A DNA stretch of 64,000 nt. It comes from Haliotis rubra. Taxonomy: Eukaryota. A program made the position numbers and the translations under genes. The number at the start of each line of letters is the position of its first letter. Within the stretch, counting starts at the first letter, position 1. The stretch is from the NCBI RefSeq assembly GCF_003918875.1, contig NW_025766002.1, positions 1,302,001-1,366,000 on the forward strand. The letters are read 5' to 3'. The notes under the pieces were generated by a model, which saw only the letters and a list, made by a program, of their open reading frames with translations, searched no databases and was not told where the DNA came from. Shown here in pieces: positions 24,498 to 35,981 of this stretch.

Positions 24498-24986
24498 TGG
24501 TGTATCAATATACCATTATATTCTCTAATTGTTGTATCGATATTTCATTATTTAATCAGTAACTGCCCAACAAACATCTTTCAGTGCCATCTTTATCGTC
24601 ATGGCCAGTCGAGACAATAGAACATTCAATAAAAGTGGCATAGCCTTTCAGTAATCATATAAAATATCTGCTGAAAGCAAAGTCAGTTGTACCGATTCCT
24701 ACTATACTGTAAGGATGGTCCTGAAATTCGCCATCTTGAAGACTAATAGTTAACCAATATGTCCGATATTGCACAAAGCACTTGGTGAAACTTTGGCAAA
24801 GCATTCTTCCTCATGTAATTATGTTCCTCAATTCCAAACAGTATCAAAAGCCGCAAAAACCTATAAATTTCAGTTAGATAATTCGGAAGGTTATAAGGAA
24901 ATAATTCCTTTTCAGTTAGCAGCATACTGTACAAGCTCACGATACTGCTACAGGGGCTGATAATATACTCAGCAGCAAAAAAACAT

Positions 24987-25999
24987 CAGTACGAATTCAA
25001 AATTAGATAGGCACTGTAATCAAATCATTACAGAAATTGACATAATAAGCGGATCAAAAATGTTTTTTGTGTACAATATCTTGACACATCAATGAATAAC
25101 TCAGCACAATTTCAAGACATTACGCGAACGTTTGCAGTCCATTCAGACTCTTGACTTCAGTATCTAGTGTGACCACCACGAGCGGCAATAACTGCAGCAC
25201 AGCATCTATGCATGGAGTGCACCAATCGATTGATGAAGGCCATTGGTGCCTGGAACCACACTTTGAGAAAGGCATGGCGCAATAAATCGGCTGTGTTCGG
25301 CCTTGGTATGACATTATTCAGACTCCTCTGAATTTCATCCCAAAGATGTTCAATTGGGTTTAAATCAGGACCTAAGGGTTAGCCACTGCATAATGTTGAC
25401 ACCGTTCTGCTGTAGGAAGTCCCGTGTAGCTCTGGCAGTATGGGCCCGGGCGTTTTCATGGTGGAAAATGTTGTTCCGGTGCCGTGCGAAATGTGGTATG
25501 ACGTGGGATCTGAGAGCTTGGTCGATGTAGCGCACCGCTGTGGCGCCGCCTCCTCTCCCCGGACCAAGGTTCTGGAACACCCAAGGACCCACTCTCTGGT
25601 TCAGACCTCTTCCACCCATACCATGATGCTGCTTGCACCTCCCCATGAGTCTCTTTCCATAACACATTGGTCTGAGTAACGCTGGCCACGTCGTCGCCAT
25701 ATTCTTGTTCTGTCATCTGCAGTTGATACGCAGTACCGACTCTGATCAGTGAACAGAACAGTTCTCTATTGCCTGTATCACCAGTTATGGTGTTGTAGGG
25801 CAAACTGTAGACGTTCACGCCGATGACGTGGGGTGAGGATAGGTCCATGGTAAGCTCTACGGCAATGGAGGTTCCCGCTGTTAAGACGTCGGCGTACTGT
25901 ATCAGTACTGGCGCGCTGTTTCGGATGCCTGCATGAAGGGATTCTGTACCTGCTGTCGCACAACATGACGGTCTTGTCGTCTTGTGGTAACCCACTCAT
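24987..25999 (-). mobile_element. Tc1-like (DD34E-type) transposon, 3' part, degenerate
   Basis: Frameshifted TVRRRL...ILTPRHRRERLQFA..H.NW, LFTDQSRY, FHHENARAHTARATRDFL and DLNPIEHLWD. Confidence 0.85.
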
Positions 26000-26774
26000 A
26001 CTCCATCATGTCCCGTTGCATCGTTAAAAAGGTACATGTTAAAAATTGAACCACCAGAATTCTGCTCTCTGTCAGCTTCCCCGCAAGGCTGTCACTGCTG
26101 GTGATCTATGTTTGTACACTTTGAAAAGCTTGGCCACAATCCAGTCCGAAATGATGAAAACAATGTTCCAAGGAATTCCAAGTTAGTCGCATGTACACAA
26201 AGCAGCACTGTCACTCTTTGGCCGCATGCCGGGGTAGAGGCACGTCATAAAAATCAACAGTCTTTGATGAGTTACAGGTCGTAGGTCGATCAGAAAATGA
26301 TCTATTCTTCGATTCTACACGGATCAGATTCGACAGTCAGTAAAGTATTTGCCACTATCACTTCACATTTCAACCTTTCGCAAAATGTAAACACTGGCTC
26401 GTCCGCCATTTCAAACTGTTGCGTAACTGTCAACACCTACTTCCAAGAAAATAAGTAGGTCAGACGATTCCATTATAGTGTGGCCAGGGTGATACAGTAA
26501 CACGGCACACAAAACAATAGGTTGGTTTCGGTCGTGTGGAGTTGGGATTATAAAACACAAGCTCTTAGGTATTACATTATTGCATTGAATAAACAGTAGT
26601 TTGTTTTCTTTGGACAGATTTTTTTTTTTCTATGTTGCAATGTCAAAAAGAATACGAACTGCCCCTACCATTCCCATCACAAACGAGTTCAATACGTCTC
26701 TCGTTCCATGCCGGATTAGGCAGTGTCTTCCGCAGAACGAAAAGTTCGTTTTTAAATCGGTTATGGTAGAATGG

Positions 26775-26938
26775 AGATAAAAATACTGTGTTTGGAAATA
26801 AGATGAATGTTAGACCGAATTGATAGTCTCTAAATTAATCATTTGAAACCTCACGCTACATGTTCGGCTTCAAATAAAATTTAGAGACTATCAATTCAGT
26901 CTAACATTCATCTAATTTCAAACACAGTACGTTTATCT
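26775..26938. repeat. Long imperfect palindrome
   Basis: tactgtgtttggaaataagatgaatgttagaccgaattgatagtctctaaatt ... aatttagagactatcaattcagtctaacattcatctaatttcaaacacagta. Confidence 0.85.
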
Positions 26939-26989
26939 TCTAATTAATTACCTTGCCACGTTTCAAAAGAAGAGTATTACATTTGTCGA

Positions 26990-28755
26990 GTCTAATTATC
27001 ATGCCAATATCATTAGAAAAGGATTCAACAAGAAGAACCTGTTCTTTCAAAGTGGTATCTCCTTTGGCAAGGAGCTCGATGTCATCAATGTAAAGGAGAT
27101 GACTAAGAGGTGTTAGGGATCTGTCCTGAGGAGGTCCAGGATGGTAACCCTCCTCTTAACTGAGCAGAAAGCTCAAAGAATTTAAATACAAAAACAAAAG
27201 ACTAAAGGAGTCCCCCTGGAATATTCCCCTTCTGATTCGAATAGATTCTGAAGTCTGCACCTGCCCTTGCGAGTACTTCTCAAGTTGAGTCGACCAGCAA
27301 CTCGTTAAAGACTTGTGTAAATCAAGTAGTCACTCAGGGAGGTCAATACAACAAAGAGGGACAGAGCCATATGGGTTTTTTTTATTCAATCCAGCACATG
27401 GAGAGGTTGCGGTGGTATGTTTTACACTCTTCCAAAATCATTTTCTGCACAAGAAGTTGACCCTTGCACCCTTCTGCTCTCTATAAATAATATCATTAGA
27501 AGAGCAGTATGATGACACGAGATTTGTCAAACACCCTGTGAAGTGTTTATATCGTGTATTTAAACAGGTTATAGGACGGACGTTTTTAGGATCAGTCAGC
27601 CTATTGTGCGAATTTTGCAGAATCCTGGAGGAACATCGCCTGTGTCCATGAGAGAATTGAAACAGTACAGTAATGGTGTTTGGACACATGGGAACAGTTT
27701 CCAGTACCGGTTTCGAATGCCATCAGGCCCTGGAGCTGTATTTGATTTGGACCCTCTTGATTACACTTTTCAGGCAATCTAGTGAGATGTAGCAGATAAA
27801 CGACCAAGCTATGTTCTCGTGCATTGTATACGCATAATCACGGACCCATGGTGCCTCAAGGTTACAGTCGCGGGGTACAGACCACTACTGTTTCCAGAAC
27901 CTTTCTCTGGCATCCATGGGAGGTCGTTTATCATGTTCACTATCACCTTTTGTTTTGAGTTGCCTGTAAAAGTGGTTTTCATTGATTTTAAAGAATTTTG
28001 TTCTTGTTTTCTAATTTTTCCTTTAATTTTGCCTTAAGGGAATTAACATTTAGGAGAAGTACCTTTTCTTTCGTTGTCTTAAATTGTAATTTTAGTTTTC
28101 TCCAAATTGACGTTTGCCTTTTAGACACTTGGTTCCCTGACGATCCTATTTTAAGGTACGACTCTGTCCAGGAACTGGTTTTTGCTAGTTTCAGTACTTG
28201 TAAGTTTAACCAGAAACCGGTTTTTCTTTGGTCTTTTGTTATTGTCATTAGATACTTTTTCTTGGAAACTGTGTGAAGTTCCTCTAAAGTTCGAGCAGCG
28301 GCATAGACACAACAATTCACTTCATGTAGCGAACAGTCCGCAATACGTTTTCATTAAGTAAATCAATTTCATTTTGGGGGAAAAACACGTTTAGTTGTTT
28401 AATTGGGCTCCGTTTCTCTAAAAGTAAATCACAAATTTCCTCATAAATAGAGTTAAACAAAATGTAAACAGGGTTCTCAGAAAGATCTGCAACACGAGGA
28501 ATAAGAAGAATGATAAGCAGAAATTTCGGGGCCAATTAGTTCTGTGCCGGAAGAGTTTGTTTCGAAAAGAGGAACGAGGTTCACGCGGACGTCCATTAAA
28601 AGTTTTGGGTCTGCTGCCACTTGGACATTCTGCTCTTGCAAAGGTTCCTGATGGGCACCAGTTGTGGGTTCAACTGGCTCACGGCGCATGTGATTTTTAA
28701 GTCGCCGGAGGTGGTCTCAGATATTTTGATCCGACAGGTAAGCATGCATTGGCAT
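26990..28755 (-). mobile_element. R4/Dong-like non-LTR retrotransposon fragment (degenerate RT)
   Basis: Minus-strand motifs NCCVYAAA, RPITCLNTRYK, EQKGAR, IRRGIFQGDS and SHLLYIDDIEL, with many stops and frameshifts. Confidence 0.75.
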
Positions 28756-28789
28756 GGCATTTTCTCAATGCAGCTTAAGCAACTGACGT

Positions 28790-29130
28790 GACGTCACTCG
28801 TGGAATTCTCTCGTGTTCCCATTTTGTTGAAAACGTCTCCAGAGAGATGAGATGGTGTTTCGATAGACACCAAAATGTTTGGCCACTTCAGTTTGGGCCC
28901 TTCCAGTCTCCAGCATATCCACAGCACGTGCTGAATCTCTGTAAGCCGTGGCATGACGTACGTACGTGGCATTAACGTGTTTTCCACAACAATCAGAGGC
29001 TGCAGAATAATCAACTGCTCTTCAATCTTCAATATCAGGTGTGTGAACTTCAGGTGTCAAAAAACATGCAAAAACCGAGTAATTTCATTGTGCACACAGT
29101 GCGATAGGGGACATCAAATTTCATGCAAAG
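28790..29130 (-). mobile_element. Tc1-like transposon 5' part (HTH N-terminus)
   Basis: MPRLTEI..(frameshift)..ARAVDMLETGRAQTEVAKHFGVYRNTISSLWRRFQQNG. It stops about where the 24987-25999 segment starts. Confidence 0.75.
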
Positions 29131-29216
29131 TGCTTTGCTACATGTGTATTTAGGTGTTTTTTTATCAAGACAAATGTGCACGGACGCACACACGGACGCA
29201 CTGCCGGACGGAGTGC

Positions 29217-30474
29217 ATTTTAATACCCTCCGCAAAACGCGTTGCGGAGGATATTAAAATGCACTCCGTCCGCCCGTGCGTCCGTGCGTGCGTGCGTCCA
29301 TGCACATTTGTCTTTCCCGGAGCAGAACTTTTAAACCGTTCAATATTTCTTCACCAAACTTGGCACATAGATTGGTCTGATGGTGTACTGGTGCCTTTTG
29401 GTAGTTTTGGATTTAATAATTATATTTTTTGCGTTTCCATGGCAACAAGTTTGACTTTGACTGAAATTGGAGTTGGTGCTCTTTCCGGAGCAGAACTTTA
29501 AAACCGTTCAATACTTCTTAATCAAACTTCTCACATAGATAGGTCTGGTGGTGAACTGGTGCCTTTTGGTAGTTTTGGATTTGTAAATAAAATATTTTTT
29601 GCGTTTCCATGGCAACAAGTTTGATTTTGATTGAAGTTGGTGTTAGTGCACTTTTCCGGAGAAGAACTTTAAAACCGTTCAATATTTCTTCACCAACGTT
29701 GGCACATAGATAGGTCTGGTGGTGAACTGGTGCCAATTGGTAGTTTTGGATTTCTGATCATGATATTTTTTGCGTTTCCATGGCAACAAAGTTGACTTTG
29801 AGTGAAATTGGTGTTAGTGCTCTTTTCCGGAGCAGAGCTTTGAAACCGATCATTATTTCTTCACCAGACTTTCGACATAGATAAGTGTGGTGGTGTACTG
29901 GAGCCTTTTGGTAGTTTTGGAATTCTGAATAAATTATTTTTGTTTCCATGGCAACAAGTTTGACTTCGACTGAATTTGGTAGTAGTGCTCTTTTCCGGAC
30001 CTGAACTTAAAACTGTTCACTATTTCTTCACCCAACGTGGCACATAGATTGGCCTTGTGGTGTACTGGTGCCTTTTGGTATGTTTGGTATTCTGAAATAA
30101 ATATTTTTGGCGTTTCCATGGCAACAAGTTTGACTTAAACTGAATTTGGTGGTTGTGCTCTTTTCTGGAGCAGAACTCTAAAACCATTCAATGTTTCTTC
30201 ACCAAACATGGCACATACATCTGGTGGTGTACTGGTGCCTTTTGGTAGTTTGGGTATTCTGAATAAAATATTTTTGGCATTTCCATGGCAATAAGTTTGA
30301 CTGAAATTTGTGGTTGTGTTCTTTTCCGTAGCAGAAATCTAAAACCTTTCAATACTCTCCTTCCACTTTTCTATATACACACCAGAACATTTGACATAAT
30401 CATAACTCGTAGACATATTCATGAAGAGTATTTTGCCATTGCGGGGTATATTGATGACTTTGTCTTCTTGTTTT
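29217..30474 (+). mobile_element. Helentron-associated non-autonomous element (HINE/DINE-1/pearl-like) with internal tandem array
   Basis: 5' ttttaataccctccgc..gcggagg.tattaaaa subterminal IR, (CGTC/CGTG)n microsatellite, core repeats, and 3' gcggggtata + short hairpin + cttgtttt. Confidence 0.75.
29312..30355 (+). repeat. Tandem repeat, about 6 units of about 170 bp
   Basis: tttccatggcaa recurs at about 29433, 29603, 29774, 29942, 30112 and 30279, and whole units are colinear. Confidence 0.95.
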
Positions 30475-31254
30475 CAAATAACTTTTATTTTATGCAATTG
30501 CATATTATGTACTGTTACTTTTTTCCCTTAAAAATAGTACATTTTTTTTTAAAAGGAAATGGAAACAGTAGCATGATATGTTGACAACAAACCCTATTCG
30601 GTAGAACGAGGGACAACATTGTGCAGAATCGCAAGTCTGACACTGAGAAGAAAGAACATAGGTTTGAAGCTTACTACAATATGGGGTTGATGCGCTACAT
30701 CCCGATTTCAAATTTTCAACATTAGACTCATAGTGACGAAAAACATTATTTACCAAAGCCTGTTCGTCTCCCTCGCCGCCATCTTTGAGGATATTTATGC
30801 TGTTTCGGATGCTATGACTGCCGTTTTGTACGCTCGGCAACCGTTCTCTGGCGCTCTTGTAACTGATACGCGAGTTTGTTTCCATTTCAAACGATTAGTT
30901 TCCCATTACAGATGCGTTTGTTTCAGTTTAAGAGGAAATTGTTGCAGTTTTGGAAAATTATTTTCCTATTTTGGTGATTTTTGTTCTGATTTGGTGTTTA
31001 TGAGTTCAGTTTTGAGGATTTGTTCACCGTTTATATGGCAGGCCTAGGTATGATCATATCTGATTGGGACTTAGGCATCACAAGGCAAAGAATTGACTCG
31101 TTTAAATCAAATTCAATCTCGTAACATAAAAAAACATATTCATAGAAACTGGGTTGGCACTTTTGGATAAAAGATTATGCAATATAAAACCTTGTGCTCT
31201 ACTTGTTTACATAAACTCCAATACGGCGACAATGTCTATAGTTTTCATTCTCAA

Positions 31255-31440
31255 GGACTAAATTTTAGCATCCAATTATTTGATCATTATGACAATACAA
31301 AATTAGACTGTTCTATTTAACACGTTATATAATCATATTTTGGAATGTGCTGGCAAACCTAAAGATAAGAATGCAAGCTGGAAAAGGTAGGGCCAGTCAC
31401 GAGTTATGTTATCTTTTAAAGAACTCTCATATACGACTAC
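31255..31440 (+). promoter_or_regulatory. Orphan duplicate of the sulfatase upstream block with no CDS behind it
   Basis: ggaatgtg...aagataagaat..aagctg...gtcacgagttatgttatcttt...ctcatatacgact is repeated again at 31621-31751. Confidence 0.7.
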
Positions 31441-31751
31441 CTTGTGATACACTTGCTTTCATACAGCAATTATGTCAGTAGTGTTTATACATTTCATAAG
31501 TTTCATTAAATTTTGACATCAATAATTTGGTGCTTATGAAATACAAAATTAGCTGTGCGTTTATAGGCCATTGCATATACAATCATGACGTTCTAGTTAA
31601 CGTGTGATATAACCATAGTATGGAATGTGTCGGCGTAGGCATTTCTTCCAATGACACGAATTCGAGCTGATAAAACTAGGGTTAGTCATGAGTTAGGTTA
31701 TCTTTGAACTCTTTCATACGACTGTATTTCACTGCATACACCAGACACAAC

Positions 31752-33194
31752 ATGAATTTCACATCAGCTGTGTGCCTTTTTGTTACTGTAGTTCTCTCTG
31801 TGTGTGCAGAGAAACCTCACATTATATTTATAGTTGCTGATGACCTTGGATGGAATGATGTTGGATTCCGGAACCCTCAAATGATCACACCTAACCTGGA
31901 CAGACTGGCCAAAGCGGGAGTCATCCTCAACTCTTCTTATGTCCAGCCTGTGTGTTCGCCCACAAGAAATTGCTTCATGTCAGGATATTTCCCCTATCAT
32001 ACTGGACTACAAGATGACATTATTGATGTAAATGAAGCGAAACACCTACCGGTCAACCTAACAACAATCCCACAGAAACTGAAACAACTTGGCTATGATA
32101 CCCACATGGTTGGGAAGTGGCATCTTGGCTTCTGTAACTGGAAGTATACACCCACAGAAAGAGGCTTTGACTCCTTTCTTGGATATTACTCTGGTGCTGA
32201 AGGCTATTTTAACCACACGCGAAGGGGAGGACGTGATGAAGTAGGACTGGATTTTCGCTATAACAAGACTGTCAATAGAGACGCCAATAGAACCTGTTCT
32301 ACACGCGTATTTATGCACAGAGCTATTGAAATCATTCAGAACCACGACAACAGTAAACCACTTTATCTCTATCTTCCATTTCAGTCTGTACATGCACCTC
32401 TGGAAGTTCCACCTAAATTTGAAAACATGAACAAGAACATAGAAAACATAAGAAGAAGGATCTATTGTGGAATGGTGAGTATGTTAGACGACGCTGTTGG
32501 TAATATCACTGAGGCATTAGAAGAAAAAGGTCTCATGGACAATCTATTGTTGGTCTTTACAACTGATAATGGTGGGCCTACATATACAGCATCTAATAAC
32601 TTGCCTTTACGCGGCGCCAAAAATACTCTCTGGGAAGGGGGCACAAAAGGAGCTGGATTCATCTACAGTAAAACCCTTCTCAAGAAGACGGGCTACCTCA
32701 ACACTGGAATGATGCATGCTGTGGACTGGTACCCGACATTGGTGGAGCTGGCTGGTGGAGAGAACGCAGATCCCAACATAGACGGAGTCAGTCAGTATGA
32801 CATGCTCATCAATGGTGGACCCAGCAAGCGAAATGAATTCGTCTACAACATCTATGATGAAAGGGAAGCAGCTGCTATCAGGTACGGAGATCTCAAGCTC
32901 ATGCAAGGGAGTCCAGGAGATCACAACGGTTGGGCTCCTTTGCCACATCTGGGAATTGATGAAGGTGTCTATGAAGCTGATAACCAAGTGTTCCCTCCCT
33001 TCATGCTCTACAACATTACTGCAGATCCAACGGAACACTTCGACCTCTCAGCCAAGTACCCTGATGTACTGGACATGATGAAGAAGAGGCTGGAGAACTG
33101 GAAGAAATCCCGTGTCCCGCCCCAAGACCCTTCTCCTGTGCCAAGAGCGAACCCGAAATACTATGGTGGTGTTTGGAGTCCTGGGTGGTGTTGA
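31752..33194 (+). CDS. Arylsulfatase B-like copy 6 (480 aa)
   Basis: ATG at 31752 (caacATG), signal peptide, CSPTR motif, all other motifs intact. Confidence 0.95.
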   Translation: MNFTSAVCLFVTVVLSVCAEKPHIIFIVADDLGWNDVGFRNPQMITPNLDRLAKAGVILNSSYVQPVCSPTRNCFMSGYFPYHTGLQDDIIDVNEAKHLPVNLTTIPQKLKQLGYDTHMVGKWHLGFCNWKYTPTERGFDSFLGYYSGAEGYFNHTRRGGRDEVGLDFRYNKTVNRDANRTCSTRVFMHRAIEIIQNHDNSKPLYLYLPFQSVHAPLEVPPKFENMNKNIENIRRRIYCGMVSMLDDAVGNITEALEEKGLMDNLLLVFTTDNGGPTYTASNNLPLRGAKNTLWEGGTKGAGFIYSKTLLKKTGYLNTGMMHAVDWYPTLVELAGGENADPNIDGVSQYDMLINGGPSKRNEFVYNIYDEREAAAIRYGDLKLMQGSPGDHNGWAPLPHLGIDEGVYEADNQVFPPFMLYNITADPTEHFDLSAKYPDVLDMMKKRLENWKKSRVPPQDPSPVPRANPKYYGGVWSPGWC

Positions 33195-35981
33195 TCCAAA
33201 CTGTAACTGGTTACATATCATATATTACAGATTTTGTCTTCACATTTAATTTTCTGTAAAAAGATATTGGAAGAGGTGCAAATTGGTATGCGACTTCATT
33301 GGTTATACACAAACATGTCGAATGATCCTTAAAGGATAAATAAAAATAACTATTAAATGTACAGATGTAGTTTACTGAGTCAAGGTATTACGTGCTTTCT
33401 CAATTAAGAGCTTCAAGATGAAGGTACGGGCTAGAATTATTCTTCAGCAATCAATGCTTGTTGCACAAAACGAGAAACGGGACTATGTGGTAAGGTAGAG
33501 GCATACCTTCCTATCAAGAACGGTGGGTGGACTCTGGCGATAGCAAACACTAGATTGTCTGGTCCAGATCTGATTATTTATCGGTGTCTTGAATATTGCT
33601 GGGAGTTAAATAAAGAAAATGCTCGAACATTTGAGGGTCTGCCATTTGAGGGATGCTAAATCTTTTGAATGTGTGTATGAATGATCTCAGCTTCGACATG
33701 ACTATATTTACGCGCCATTGGTTGAAAACTACTTAGAGCGAAGCAAAACAATTTTTGCACTAATTCACTGAACCATCAACTCAGGAAAAACAACTAAACC
33801 AATCACTAACTGCCGCAGATTTCAACAGCTGTGAATTTTGTTTGGAGTAATTATAATTTCAGAACTTAAATTTGTGTAAAGGACACAGCAGCTGTGACAA
33901 TTATATGAATGGACCATTGAAAATCAGTGATGACACGAGATGTTTGCGAAAAGGGTAAGAATGTTCTGCCTTTCAGGTAGCAATCGCAATTCGTACAGTT
34001 TGCCTTAAAATGTAAGTAAGAACACCCCTTTATTTACAGAGTGCCGCGTGACGGCCCTCTGTAAATAAACCAAATAATCAGGTGATCGGTGAGCCTGTAA
34101 GTCCAATTGTTATTTTTAATTGTGGCGGCTACGTAGAAGTGCAGAGAAGACATTCCAGTTTGTGTCTGTAATGGACTACATTTGACCAAGAAATGCAGTT
34201 TGCTTCCCTTGGCCGTGTGGGATCGAATCTCCTACTGGCCCAGAAAACTCAGAAACATTATCTTCGGTAGTTTATGGACACCATTCGCATGTATTTCCCA
34301 AAGTTGTAAACCTCTCAGACATGTTTTACTCAGGGTTTCCTCTCCCTCAAAGCTAAAACATGGTGAAACAATTGAAACAATGTTCACAGGGGCGGCACAG
34401 GGCCTGACTCAATGTCTCCAAAACATCTTTTTTTATAAACATATGGACATATGTGCTCCTGTGAATTGTATGCTTGTGGCAGATGTTATATTCCATTGAG
34501 TTCAAGTCGCTTACAATATATACAAGTTTCTTTTTGTTTTTTCTCGGGTAGGCGTGTTCCCCATAACATTAACATTGTTATGACCGTATGCACTGTGCCT
34601 CTGTGTCTCTTTGAAGTAGAATCTTAATCGTAGCAAAGCAAAGACAAATGCCTTTTCTACCACTCAAAGAATTCAGAGAGTAATTTATGTTTACAGAAGG
34701 AAACCTTCAGGATCTTTTTGCACTGTATTGGTCTGTTATTGTACTTTATTTTTTTATAATTTCTGGGTCTGTACTCATGTGCAAGCAGTATTTAGGGAAA
34801 TGGAATCTAAGTAGCTAAAGTTCTGTCAACAACAAAAAAACTGACAATACATGTTGTTTTCATAAAATAAACTGACGTACAAAAGAAAGTTTTTGGTGTT
34901 TTGGGATTATAAGTCACAAACATTGTGCATGTAGAGGCAAAGCAGCACATATATTTATCTAGTGCTCTGTAATATTAACTGAAGAGAATGTGTGTATTTA
35001 ACCTTGATCAAGACCAATTGCTTCACAAATACTTTATAAACCAACTTTCATTTCAATATTCTGTATTTGGACAACAAACATTTTTCTGTGCAAAGACATA
35101 GGAAATAGTTATAAAAATTATGACGGGAGATATCTTTGACAAGCTATTGACAAGTCTATAATTTATAGTCAACATTCAATTTCTGCGCAAATGATGCTAT
35201 GTGGTGTATCAGTATGCCATTCCATTATTTCATCGAAATGTTTGGTTGTTTAATAAAAGCCGTACGTCATCTTACAGTTACATCTATATAATGATTGTCA
35301 GTTGACACAATGGTGCCTATAAATATATGCGACAAACCCTTCCAAAATCGTTGAAAAAAGTTTAAGGAATACCTGTCCAAAGATTTTGATTACTACAAAA
35401 GCATGTGTTGTAGAATCCATATGGAAATTATCCCAGGTGCTCATTAAACACCCCTGGCCGTATCCTGGGCCACAAAGCAGTGCAGAAGTTAAAATACACT
35501 TTGATTCGCTGGGCCCGGCAATATATTTATTATAAATTATGTGTAACATCAACATATACTGGACTTGGAGGCGAGGAGCCCGTCTTGAGAAACTGGTAGG
35601 TAAATATGTCGTTGATTTTTTGACTGCATTGTGGTTTTGGTTTTGGTTTTTAACATATGGCACCCAGCTGTAAAAGTCGTTGGGGTAAATGCGGATCCTT
35701 TGAAAACAGCGATTGTGTCAATGGCTTTCATAGTGAAGGTGTAAAACCTGATATCATATCCTTCTAAAGCAATGGCAATACAAAATTAATACTGGGGCTT
35801 CTAGCCACGAGATATTCAATCTAGACTGCTCTCTTTAATGCGTGGTGTGGAATGTGTCTATGTAAGCATTCCTTCCGATGATAAGAATACCAGCTGACAA
35901 AAATACAGTTATTCGCGAGTCACGTTATCTTTGGAAGAACCCTTATATACGACACTGTTCTGTCGCGCACAGCACATAAAC

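Noticed and set aside
29312-30355. Regularly spaced palindromic motif resembling a CRISPR array
   Set aside because: The intervening sequences are homologous to each other (true tandem repeat), there are no cas genes, and the context is eukaryotic.
31704-31751. Longer N-termini in the ORF track (17839, 31704, 35931, 39992, 46306, 8985)
   Set aside because: The extensions are not conserved, several start at TTG, and they overlap the putative promoter. The aligned ATG directly precedes the signal peptide.
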